Assembly: GCF_025526975.1 (NCBI RefSeq)
Contig: NW_026515676.1
Coordinates: 744,001-808,000, forward strand
Reading direction: 5' to 3'
Origin: Fimicolochytrium jonesii
Lineage: Eukaryota
Length of the DNA: 64,000 bases
The notes under the pieces are model-generated. The model made no database searches. It had not been told where the DNA came from and was given only the letters and a program-made list of their open reading frames with translations. This document shows positions 45,015-58,200 of this stretch, piece by piece (position 1 is the first letter of the stretch; every line of letters begins with the position of its first letter). Both the position numbers and the translations under genes were made by a program.

Positions 45015-48000
45015 CTAAATAACAGTCAATACCCACCCAACAATCTCCCCCAAAAGGCCCATCCCCCAAAACCGCGCAATATTCCCAAACACCCTCGTCC
45101 GCCTCACAAACTCCTCTCTGGCCCACACCGTCTTCACATCCCCCGAACACGCCGCACAATGCTCTCTCAGATCCTCCGCTTTGACCATTCGACACCGCGT
45201 GCAGGCCACATCTTGCTGCTGCCACGCCGCGAGACGTCGTTGGAGGACTTCAATCAATCGTTGTTCGATCGCGAGGGGGTCGTAGGGGGTTTGGCAGGCG
45301 GGGCATGTCCATGGTGTCGTTGTCGTATGACTCCCAGATCCCGTGTTGGGATCCATATTCTCACCACCCTCATCGTTCAGATACCGCGGCAACAGATCCC
45401 GATCCCGCGTCAGATCCAGATCCCGGCAATGGTTACAGAACCCGCAGATGACCTGCGGCAGGCGGAACGGCTCACACGGGTTCACAAAGTCCGCCTCGTC
45501 GCTGAATTCGCCCTGCGAACCCGCCAGACTCAACAGGTTGCTTTTCAGAACACGGACCTCGCGTTCGAGGTCGCCGTTGAGGGCTAGCACCGCGCAGATG
45601 CATTTCGCGAACTCGAGGGCCGGGTTGACCATCTTGAGGTGTGAGCCGGGGAGCGTTGGGAACGTGTATGCGGTCGCGTCGTCGTCGTTCGCGTCGCCGC
45701 CGCCGCCGCCGCGCTTGCGAACCATGTCGGGCAACAACTTCAAGATCCGGTCTTTCAATTTGGAGCGAATCAACCCGCGCAACATCTCCGTCAACGGCGA
45801 CGGCTTGCTCGGGTCCCACACGGCATGGGGGACCTCTCCGCCGCCGGCGCCGTGGAGCATAGCCCGCTCCGTGAAACTCTGCACCTCGTAGATATACTCC
45901 GCGACGATCTTCAGAAACTTGCGCTGCACCGCGGGGGGTAGGTACTCGCCGATATTCCAGTCCATATCCGCTCCAATATCCGGCTTCACTGCTATCCGAT
46001 CCTCGATTCTCAGATTCACAGCCGCTTTCCGTGCCGCCAGCAACTCGTCCGCGTTATTGCACTGCAGCCCGCCATGGTTATGCGAGTCCATCCACAGCAA
46101 AAAGGTCCAGTACCGCTCCGGCTTCAACTCGAGCGTCTCGAAAATCGTCTTCTTGCCCAGCGCCTCAAGGACATACACGCCGTACCCGACCGCGGTCCGA
46201 ATATCCGTCTTGTTGGTGGCGAGCACAATCCGGTCAAAGCTCGCAAACACGATCCGGGCGCCGAGTTTCTTCAGGTCCGCAATCAGCTTCACGAACACCT
46301 TGCGCATCAGGTTATGCACCAACGCCAACAACGCCGGGTCGTACATCCGCGACGAGGAGGTCGTCAGCCACCGGTACAGGTGCTCGAGCAGGTACGACGC
46401 GAACCGATTGCGGCGGCGCACCTCGTCCGCCCATCCCATCACCATCGATTTCAGCACACTGAAGGTCGCAGGCGTGACCTGACTCTCGTCCACATTCCCG
46501 GCAACCTCCTCAGTCCCATCCTCGCCCGGCTTGGCATACTCATCCATCAGATGCCCGACCTGCTGGAAACTGGACCCGATCGCGCCACTCGCATCATCAA
46601 CGTCGTGCAGCATACTCGAATGCATCAACGTGTTCAGCGCGAAATCAAGGATCTGCACGTCCACGCACACCGTCTGGTACGATCCGGGCACGTTGATCTC
46701 CGGGTTGACCAGCTCGTCTAGCTCGAACCGGTTGTCGTCCTGCTCGCGTCCGCCCAGGTCCGGTTTCTCAGACGCCGAGTACCAGAGGATCATGTCCGCG
46801 CGCGTCATCCGCCGCGCGAGGCCGAGATCAGCCAGGAACGACGTGTAGTCGTCGGGCAGGTTGCAGAAGGGCACGTCGGCGTACCGCGCGAGGGCGATGC
46901 GTTCTTTGAGAAATGCATTCAGAGTCAGGTAATGCCCCAGCATCCGCGTGCAGGCGTATTGCTGCCACCCCAACGCGGGGAACGCCGTATCCTTGTGGTA
47001 GGTGGGGATACAGACCACCGGGAAGTCCTGAATCAACGACAACCCATCCATCCTCAAATGCTTCGTGTCCCGATGCGACTGCAGCGCCAGCACCGTCGGC
47101 CCGCGTCGTTGGGCCTGGTAATCCCTCAACGTCCTATTCACGCCCGCAATCGTCGCCGCCTCGTCCGCATGTATCGCAACCGTAAACTCCACACTGTCCG
47201 CATACTCGACAAGATCGCGCTCCATCGCCCCTTTCCTCTGCGACGCCGTCTGCGATGCACTCACGTCCTCCTGCGTCGCCTGCTCCCGCACCTCCTGCAA
47301 CCGCTCCCGATACACCCTCTTCAGATTTGGGATCGCGTCCTTGTTCTGCGCCGGGTCGGTGACAAACACCCACGCCCGTCCCATCGCAGGGGCAAAGACG
47401 CCCCACACGCCGCGCTGTCCGCTCCCCGCATGGAACAGGTACACATACTGCAACGCGTCGCCACTGGTCAAATACGTCCTCGCGAAATCCGCCTGGTGGT
47501 GCACAACTTCCCCCAACGCAAACCCATCCTCCAATCCACGTCCACCGGCAATCCGTTTCTCGTCGACTTTCGCCATACACCCGAGCTTGATCAGCGCGCG
47601 GAACTCGAGCGGGACCTGTGTTTCGTAGATACCCTCGATCTGCTGGTGGTTCGCCATCGAGGCAAACATCCCCGCGTTCTCGCGGTAGAAGACTTCCGAC
47701 ATCGTCATCTCGTACAGGAACAGGCACGGGTGGGAGCGAGGTAAGGTACGCACTCGGCGCGTCATCTGCAGTCCGACTCGGTTGGTGTCTTCGTCCGGGT
47801 CCGGTATCCGACTGTTGACATAGATCGTCCGTGGCACCGAAAGTTTGATCGCATGCAACTGCCCCTCAACCAACGCCCAGACCTTGAAATCGCCCGGAAT
47901 ATCCGTCTCAGCAATCGACAGCACCTGCCAGGTCGACCGGAGGATATTCCCCGTCTGCCGCCTGAAGAAGCTCTGCACATTCAACGGCTGCCCCGCTTTA

Positions 48001-51000
48001 TCCTGCTGCGTCGCGTTCCACGCGCCAAACCCAGACGCTAGCCGCTCCCGATGCGCTCGTCGTCGTTTCCACTTCCGCTTCTGGAACTCCAGCCACGCTT
48101 CGTAATCTTCGCTCGGGTCCGGGCAGTTCTGCGGCTGGTCGCGCGCGGGGAGGGTCGAGTAGTCTTCTTCAAACCGTACGGGTTGCTGTTGCGCCCGTTT
48201 CTTGCGCTTGCCCAGTACACTGGTCGACTTGTTGACCATCGCAACGGCTTGCACGGGTCGTTTGTCGCCACCGAAATCCTCCATATCTTGAATCGCACCT
48301 CTCTCCCCCTGCGCTGCATCTTCTTCATCGTCCTCCTCCCCAACATCCAACTCCATCCCCTTCCCCGCATCCCCATCACCCTCCCCAACAACCCCCCTCC
48401 GAAACATATCCGTAATCCGATACTGCCTCGTCCGATCGTCCTTACTGGCAACCCGTTTAGCCAACCACTCCGGATGCTTAACCCTCGGCACGGGATTGCC
48501 CACGCCCTGCATGGCAGCCGGAATCGTAATCAATTTCTGGATAACGCTCCCAAACCGCTCCAAATAGTAATTCCAGTCCAGAATCTCTCTGATATCAAAC
48601 GTCGTCAGTGAGTTGTCTTTCAGCCATTTACGGAGGAAGTGTTTGCGGACCGAGGCTTCGGTTTGGAAGATGACGACGGGGACGGCGCGTTCCGAGACGG
48701 GGATATCGTGCGGTTTGGCCGAGATGATGAATTTGCAGTTGAGGCCTTTGTCTTTTACCATCTCGTCGCCCAACAACTCCGCTAATCGTTTCGCGGTACT
48801 GATCGACGTACTCTTCTGCGCGCCGTAATCCTCCAGACTCTTGCTCATGCTCCGATTTTCCGAAATCAGGTCAAACAGCTCGTTGTCGTCCAGATGCGCG
48901 CCCTTCGAATACAGAATGTCCAACCACTGGTTCGCCACCGCCGCGACGGCCTCGTAACACGAATCCAACGTCGTGCCCTCCAGAAACACTTTGAAGATCT
49001 GACTCTGGAAGATCTTGATCAGCTTCAGCTCCCCACGGCGCTTAACCTCAAACCCTTTCAGTTCCGCGAGCGTCCCGTCGTCGTTGAACACCGCGTACCG
49101 CTTCTTCAGCAACTTATCCTCCTCGGTACTGGAGGGCAAGATCATGGCGCGGTACGGCCCGTCGACTTCAAAGAAGATACTGTTCTCGCTGTGAGTCGCG
49201 TACGTTTTCCTAACCGGATCCGACAAATCCTGGTACTGGTGATTCGTGAACTGATCATGCACGAGATGGTTGAGCATGACGCAGGGGTACGAGATCGGGA
49301 ACACTTTGCCGTTCTTCAGTTTGAAGGCAAAGTTCTCCGGAAAGGTTTGCGGGAAGATGCACCAGATCCCGTCCGTGTCGAGCTCGAGTGGGCGGCCGAT
49401 CTGTTCGACGCGTGCGCGGGCGAGTTGGATGATCTTGGCGCCTGTGAGACAGACGATGCCGGCCATCTCCATCGAGTACCACCGGGCGCCTTTCCTCATC
49501 ACGTATCCGTAGAACGAGTTCAAGATACACCTATTCAGAAAAAAAATTCAGATAAGTCTTCCTTTCATCTCTCCCAAGCAACACAACACCAAAAGTACTC
49601 ACTTATGAGCCAACTGCAACGAATCATAAACCACAATCAACTTTTTCGCCTCATCCACGCCCGTCAAATTCCCCTCAGCAGCCGCCACATCCATCTTCCC
49701 CTTCCACGTCTTCAACAGCGCCTTATACTCATACCGGCGATCCCTAAACGCTCTCACGGTATCCACATAAAACGGGTTCTCCCGCTGACACACCACACTC
49801 TCCTTCGCGACAATCTTGGTCTCATGGATCTTATTATACACCTTCCTTGAATAAAGACTCAACCGTTTCTTGATCGCCGCATGCTGTTCACCGGGTCGGA
49901 GCTCATGGAAGGGTCGGAGCGGGTCGGTAGGGAATCGGCCCGGGAATTTTTCCTGCTCCATTTGGTTGCGGATCATGTTGTATTCGCTGCGTTTGGCGGG
50001 GAAGTACTCGCCGCGCCAGGACCAGGTCATGGGGCGTTGGCAGGTGCTGCCGGGGCCTTGGTTGAAGTCGCAGGCGGCGCACATTTCTTCGGAGACGAGG
50101 GCGTCGGGTTGGAGACGGTTGGTGAGGATGATGTTGGGGTACATGGCCGCGACGTCTAAGTGGTAGATGGACGGCTTTTCGAGACGGTTCGGGAGGTCCC
50201 GGAGGTTTTCGAGGGCGCTGAGGATTTGGGCTTTGACCTATATCGCACATTTAGCATAAACAGCACTCAGTCTGTGTCGACACGCATCTCATGGCACATA
50301 CCTCATCATAATTCGCAACATCCTCCATAGAAAGCTTCCCCTCCACAACCACACTAAACTGCAACGCAGCATCCACCTCATCCATCAACTACCCCCAAAA
50401 CAACTTATCAGTCTCCATCCTCAAATCCCTCTCTCCTCATGACAAAACCCCTCACATCCCCACATACCTGCTGAAAAGCCTCAGGCACCAACCGAAACTT
50501 GCACGGCAAATCCTTCCTAAACACGCCCGCCTCGAGCGCCTCCACGTGCCCACCCACATACGTCTCGCTCTCCAAAAGGTGTCCCTCAAAGAATTGTCCT
50601 ACTTTCTCTTGGTGCTTGTTTGGCATTAATACATTCACCTTAAACGCCTCCACCTGTTTGGAGGTCATATGAGTAAACGGCAACCTCCAATGATTGAGAA
50701 GGTATTGCCATGTACGAACCATCAACAGCGCCTCACAAAGCGTCCCACTCCCCCTCCTCAGCACATCGTCCGGGTTCATCGGGATGATATTGCACAGCGA
50801 GAAGATGAAGGGGTGCACGTATTTCATGTACAGGTAGTAGGTCGCGACGGCGTCGGATACGGAGTATTGGGCTAGGACTTGGGGTTGTTCTGATGCAAAT
50901 CTTTGAAATTGGTTGTTGGCGTTAGATGCGATGAAAATGGTGGAGGGAAGAAGGAGAGAAGGTGCTTACCGCGTCATGTCCTCAGGGTCGAGCTCCATGG

Positions 51001-53086
51001 GGTTATAGCCGAGCTTAGCGGTTGTAACAGCCTTCACGAATGATTGTCCCGTTCAGCAACATTCATCGACAACCACCGCCAACATTCCCCACGTACCTTT
51101 AACCCTTGACTCCCCTGCGGCAAGTAACTATCCCGCTTAACCCAACACAGCGCATCCATATGAATCGCATACGAGCTCTTGTATTCGCCGCTGTCATCTT
51201 TGCCGAATCCGATTTCCTGCAAAACCATGTCGTCAACCTAGGTGTCGCACGTACGCGGATATCCGGATGCTCTTTCCGAACCTTCTTCATGTTAAGCCCA
51301 TACACAGCCGCCCTGGTCTCCACAAAAGGCCAATCGAACCAGTCGCCGTTATATGTGACGATGATGGTTGGGCGGGCGTCACGGACATGTTCGAAGAAGC
51401 GGCGGATGAGGGCTTCCTGGAACAATCAATGTGGTGAGAACTTGGGTGGTGTCGTGCACACAGAGAAAGCTTGGTGTACGAACCTCATCCAGCTCGTTGA
51501 AGATCGTGAACGGCCCGTCGAATTCGGGTTTCGGTGTATATTCAAAATCGTCGATGTCGTCTGAGACGATTTCGCGGTTTGTGATCAGGTATCCCTGCAA
51601 GCAACATCACATGATTTAATTTGCGTTCCCAATTCCCCCTTTTCGTAAATCACCGGCGCACCTGTCCATCAATCATATACGAAATCATCATAATCGAGTC
51701 AATATTCGCGTCAGGGAACTTCAACGGCAATTTAGTCGTCTCGATGTCGAAGGCGAGGACTACGGGGTCGGCACGTTTGACTTTATCGGGGCGCGGCTCG
51801 ATGGTTATGGAGCCTTGGTGGGCTCGGACGTTGTACCATAGTCCTACTCTCAGGTCTGTAATGCAATCACAAAGAGATGAGTTAGGGCGCGTCCAGCAAG
51901 AGTGATGTGTGAAGATGAGTACGGACCGCAGTCGATAGCGGCACGGACGTAGTACATCAGATCGTGTTCCCGCACGTCGAGTACGAAATCGAGGACGTCG
52001 CGATTGGAGAGGTTAGCGCTTGATTCTTGTGCTTGGCCGAACTCGCCTCCTAATCTGCAATGACATCAGGAAACTGTCATCCTCACACGACGATAGGACT
52101 GGGTTTTCACACTCACTCGGCGACGACATCGTATGTGCCAGAAGTCTCCTCTTTCCGTTTGTTGCTTGCGACCGCTTGTAGGAATGTTCTCCGCACGACA
52201 TTGAGGTTTTGGGTGTTCCAGAAGCGGAGTTTCAGGATTGTGCGTTTGTGCCCGAGTAAGTGATTTGCCTGTTCAACATTCGGATTTCAGACCAATGCTT
52301 CTTGTTTGTCCGAGTGCAAACACAAGGGAGATGCTCACGAGTTTCAGATCTTCCTTCTCTTTCCTCTCGACCGAGAGCACGAGATTTGTAAAGCGGCGTT
52401 GTATGTACTCCTCCACGTCTGCCTCGGTTCCAGCCTAGGAAGCAATGTTGTCACGATGGGGCTGTGACATTCAATCTATAGTAGAGGCAGTACCTTGCAC
52501 ACAACATAGAAGTATGGCTCATATAGGATTGTTGCTTTGAAAGTTTCGCCGTCTTCCTCCAAGAAGTACAAATCGACGGCAGATTTTCCAGAACCCCATT
52601 CTCCGTCGAGCACCATTGTCTACGATGGAGAAAGAGGCTCAGTACTGAACAGCAACGTTTCGAAAGGACGTCAAGTAGAATACGCACAGGGTGCATGTTG
52701 ACTAGCCAGCCGAGCTTCTCTGGCCCTTCTCGGTATCTCCAAAAGCCCATGTTTTCGTCCAACTCGTCCGTGACCCGTATTTCCTCGATACGAGCTTCGA
52801 ATTCTCCTGGAGTACCCCATGACTCTTCCACGGGGATATCGCTGCCTTCGTTTGTGGTAGTGGTATTCGCAATGACAGCGGTTGCTCTCGTCTCGGCGTC
52901 CTGAACCTCCGGGTCGTTCGCCACTGTTTCTGCTAACTGCTGTCCGTTATTGCTGAAGTCTCTTCCTGTCCGTTTCTGCCACGGCCGCTTGTTGTAGCCG
53001 CCCCCACTATGACCGTTGCCTCTCGAGCGCCATCGACCTCCTCCACCGCCACCTCCTCGCCCTCTGCCTCTGCTACCGTACGTCAT
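45015..53086 (-). CDS. POL2: DNA polymerase epsilon catalytic subunit, multi-exon
   Basis: Exonuclease motifs LAFDIET and TYNGDWFDW, polymerase motifs [19 protein letters not shown] and ELDTDG, C-terminal Cys clusters (CGFC, CPAC, CTRC). Confidence 0.98.
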
Positions 53087-53324
53087 GGCGTCGTTGGTAT
53101 TGAAGGCTGTATTGCGAGCTGTGAAAGCGTCGCAAGGGTCATGTGCGAGCCCAATAATAACGAGTGGGGACCCCAAAAGGCGCTCCCGACGAGAGAGGGC
53201 GTTCGGACAACCTTGGATTCGGACAACGCGCGCTTTCGGACACCCCTTGGAACACCTTTTTCACCAAACCGGCAGCAGGAAACACTGCCAACAACACCTG
53301 GAGAGGTGGGAAGCATATAACTTG

Positions 53325-55030
53325 ATGTCCCAAGACGACGACAAAGACCTGTCCTTCGCTGGCCGGATATCTTCCCTCACCGCCGCTTTTCTCGCCTCCC
53401 TCTCTCCCACCTCCAAGGACGATGACGCCTACTGCAGGAAGCTACAAACCCTCTTGAAGGAACTACGCTCTCTCACCTCGTCACACCGCCCGGACCTGCC
53501 AAGCCTTCTTGCATCACTATCTCAGACGGAGCAGGTCCTATGTCAAATTAACGAAGTTAGCGCGAGGGTGAGGCGTCAAACTCCTCCAGCGATATGCGTC
53601 GTGGAACACGTATCAGGCTTGGCGAATTTGCCGTATCTACGTCCAAGGGACGAGGAGGAAGCCAGGAACATCTTGAGCGCCGTTGGGGACCTCATCAGCA
53701 AAACCAACCAGGAGAACACAAAAGAACAATGCAGCACGTGGGGTACGGGACTTTGTATCAGTCTCGTCCCAGTATGTCTGAAGCAAATACGGACTTTCGA
53801 AAGCAGCGGGGAGGAAACGGTCGGACTAGGCTTCCGTTCCGATCGTGCAGGGAATCTTGCCGTCGACGCAGTCAAGATGATCGCGCGTGTGTTCGACGGC
53901 ACGGCAATGAAAGTGCATGCTTCGGCCGTGGAAAGGGCGTCTGTCTGGTATGTATGCATTACTCTTTACACATAGCTATTACAGGTTTGCTTCTCTGACG
54001 CAGGAATGGTATCTGCCACGGCAGTGCATGGGCAACCCAACTCCTCTGCGCGACATCCCTCACCAACATCACTCTCGACGTCTGCGCCCGCTGTTCAGCC
54101 CTCCCAACATCCACATCCCACACCGCAACCTCCATCCTCACCACAACCCTCCGCACCCTCTCCATCCTCCTAACGTCTTCCACCACCACCGCCCGCTACA
54201 CCCACCTGCAATCCCACCCCGCAACCCGTCTCACCCCGCTCCACATAAACCCCGCACCTACATTCGCAGCCCTCGCATCCGCCCAGTTGCTGCAGAACTT
54301 GCTCATATCTTCACCACCGTTCGCACCCTCCGTAGCCCACCGGTCCGCATCATCACCACATGAACAAACCAACCGCGGTGGCGCACATATCTGGACCCAC
54401 CTAAACATCCCCGCACGCACCCGCGTCGTCGCAAAGATCGCCAGCGTTGTTCGTGCACAATTGATCGAAATACGCAAGGAAACGCATCCCCGTGATTCCA
54501 ACTTCCCACAAGCGACATCAACATCCCTCCCTCACCACATCGCCACAAAACTCATCCAAATCACATCCGCTTCACACGCGCTCGAGGCGTTGGTACTCGA
54601 TACGCAGAGCTGTAGGAAACTCTTCGATGAAGTCGTTCACCACTGTGTTCCATCATCATCGAGTGGATGTATCCGCATAACAGGCCTCGACCTCCGCCTT
54701 GCGCTCATGACCTTCATCAGCCGCCTAACGACGCATTTCGCGCTCACCACCGATTTCTTGGTCGTGAATCCGGCGTTGTCGTCACTGACCGAGCTGGTTG
54801 AGTCGCATCTGCCAGGGCCGGGGAAGCCGTTGTGGGAGTCGACGAAGGTGTATAGTGGGATTAGTGTAGGGGGGAAGGAGGTGGATGCGAATACGGTGGA
54901 TGTGGCGGTGGCGTTTTCGAGGGTCTTTTTGGAAGGCGGTGTTAGGGGTGCGTGGTGGGGAGAGGGGAACGAGTGGTTGAGGACGGTTAGGGGGGTTGTA
55001 AGTGCGGCTGAGGTGGTTATGGATAGTTAG
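53325..55030 (+). CDS. Hypothetical Leu-rich, probably alpha-helical protein, 2 exons, divergent from POL2
   Basis: Long ORFs joined by a GTATGT...CAG intron at about 53948-54003. No family recognised. Confidence 0.65.
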
Positions 55031-55204
55031 CTCGAAGGAGTGGGCTCCAGAGTACAGCCTCAGCTGTTGCAAAGAACATCACTAGCGGGTCTATGTGTGT
55101 TCCATTTTCAAAGTGTATCAACATAAAATGATGCGATAGTGCGCTCCTTAACGCCCGTACTCAAAAATATACACGCCGACTGTCATTGCTTGAACCCGTG
55201 TCTA

Positions 55205-58200
55205 TTAACACCCCTGTGTCTCCTCCGCCTCAGAATCCGAATCCTGCACAGACACAGACCTAGATCAGCATCAAAACAAGCCAATCCCAAGACGCCGCTA
55301 ACAACATACCTGGAACACCCGTCTCCGCTTCACAGTGCCCTTCACAGCCCTTTCTTCCTCCGCATCCCCCAAGTTCTCTACCCGGTCACCCTCATCACTT
55401 CCCTTCCCCTCACTTCCAATCCCCACATCGTACCCATTCTCCACCCCACCCTTCCCACCAACACCCCCCGACCCCTTTTCCTCCCGCCGTCTCCGCTTCG
55501 TAGCAGGCGACATCAGCAGCTCCTCGAAATCCACCTCCCCTCCTGTCGTCACGGGGCCTGATAGCGCATTATCCAACGCCTGTAGCGTGTTATCCAACAC
55601 ACCTCCAAACGCACGCTGTCCTTGCGGCGTGGCGACGGTAGACGGTTCTGCGGCTGCTGCTATGGTAGGCGCACCGCTTCCCACCCCGGGGTTGTCATTG
55701 CCACTATCATTCCCCCCCAACCCCTCATCGTCATCCTCATCCGACTCCAAAACATGACGTCTCCCCGTCAAAGCCCGTTTGACTATCGGACTCGCTGTCA
55801 CACGAGGTTTCGGTCGTCCAGTCTCCAAAACCGGTGATATCCGGTTCGACGGCGGCGGCCTCGAATCTTCCTCAGACTCACTCCCACTCCCGCTCCCGCT
55901 CACCGACTCGACATCCGACACCGAGATCGGGGTGCTCGTCCCGCTCCCGCTGTTTTGTGCGGTCGTGGGTTTACTCATGCTCTTGCCCTTACTACCAGCA
56001 GTAGTGGTAGTGGCAGCAGCGTCGGGCCCACCTTCCATCATCATCTTATAAATCGCATCGTATTTCTCCTTCAGCGCCCGTTCCCGCGCGTAGAACTCCG
56101 CGTCGTCATCGTCATCGCTATCCGACACAAACTAGCCATCCCAGAAAAGTTCAATACCAAAAAGCTCACCCCCCCGAACACTCACGCAAACCAACCCAAC
56201 ATACCTGTTTAGATTTGAACTGCTTGACCTCCTTAGCCTTCCTCGTCCCCGCACTCGCCGCCGCCTTCCGTTTCCGCTTCTTCGGCTTCTTGCGGACCAT
56301 GTCGGAGACGTCTTCAACGTTGGGTGTTTCGAGGTACCGGATGATGGTTTCGCGGTGGCCGAGGAGATATGTGGAGGTGATGATGGGGGGGATGCGGTAG
56401 AATATGGAAGGGCCTGGGGCGTGGGATGTGGATGAGCACGTCGTATGGACTCGGGATGCAAGAAACGTTCCTTACCTTCATCGGTAACCTCCTCAAAGCT
56501 CAACAGGCGAAGCAATAACCGTAAGGCAACGTTCCGCTGAAGTGCCACGCCTTGTTCTTCCGTCTCATGCTTAATATCTACGTGCCATCAACCAGTCATC
56601 CATCAGCGTCCCTCTTCACCCGAACCGGCCAACTCGCGAAATACGTATCGTGCAACGACATACCATAAGCCTCGCTAACAACAACCTCCTCATCCATAGC
56701 AACCCCATCAGTCGGCGGCCGCGGCGATCGCAGCGTTGCCGCGTCCAGTAGGATCTGCACCAAGAGATGTCAGCTATCCCTATGAAAGCTGCGAATTCGA
56801 AATTGCAAGACTCACATCGGTGATCCACGTTACCAACTCCCGCTCATCCTTCTCCACCAGGAGGGTCACAGCGACTTGCACTTCCTCGCCCCATGTCAAC
56901 CTACGTGAGCCAAACAACGCACACAATGAGAACCACGCAAACGGAATGAGCTGAACAAGCAGAGTTGAAAATCATACCCAGGCTTAACCTCGATATCCTT
57001 AACAACCCCCGTATCCTCGTCCTCTTTGGACGGCAGCACCGGGTCCTCGTTCCCAAACTCAATCCGCATGCAGTCGCCTTTCGTTTTGGTGTACAAGACC
57101 TACAAAACATCATATACCAATTCATCCACTCCGTCCGAGATGTTTATGTCCATTCTGCAACAGGCAAAAACGCGAACCATACCTCAAGGAACAACATAGG
57201 ATACTCCTCCGCCTTCTTAAAGAACTTGCCTGTAGCGTACGTTATGAACGCATACAGCTCCGAGAACGCTTTGCAGACCGGGAGCACGCGTTTGTCGGCT
57301 AGGATCTTGTTGAAGAGGTGGAGGACCGACAGCTACGATGTCGAACATCTTCGTTAGCGCGGGGGCAGAACGAATGAATGCGAAAGAGTAAGTGCTTTTT
57401 CTCACCTTATAAAACAGCGGCGCCCCAGCCCCGCCCTTAAAAAACAACCGATGGAACATCACAGTTATGAAATATATGTACTGTGTTTCAACCTCCCGGT
57501 AATGCTTCAACAGAACGCAGTATGTCGATACGGTGCCATCCGTCGCGAAACGCTGGGGGGGACGACGACAAAGTCAATCTGCTTCCCACAAGAACTGAGC
57601 ATGGATGGGTTTGAGACTCACGGCGACAATGTGGTTGAACGTAACCTTCGACTCGCGAATGGCCTCCTCGGCAGCCTCGTTCTGTACATCCGGCTCGCCG
57701 TCTTCACTTTCGTCGCCTTCGGCTCGGGCTTGCGGGCCTATCATACATCATAAGCGTCAACTGGACCTACAAAAATACAAATATGCACCGACAAAAACAG
57801 GTTGACATACCACTCGGACCTGGTCTCTTCTTCTTTTTGACCGTCTTCCGCCTGAGCATCGTGGCGTTTTGCTGGGAATAGTATTCGAGCATCTTGAGGA
57901 GGACATGTACCAATTCAACAAGAGTCTTCAAATGGCTATAAATCGGGAAGGCCTTGCGTGAGTATTTCATCACTGCTTGCATTTCTTCAAGGATGTCAGT
58001 TCGCACCTCAAATGATGATTCCGCTTGAAACTCGTGACAAGACTGAAAGCCAACTCGATAGTCGAGTGGTCGTAGTACATGTTCTTCTGGATAGTTTCAG
58101 AGGCTTCGCGCAGCTCCTCGTCTGCGGAGAGCATCATGGCGTCGAGGGATAGAAGCTGCCGATGAAATCAAAGGGTAAGTTGAGTCACGGTGTCGCTCAC

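Noticed and set aside
45159..49850. Many long plus-strand ORFs opposite POL2 (likewise opposite ITC1, TRR1 and the kinase)
   Set aside because: Antisense shadows of GC-rich coding sequence with no independent protein features.
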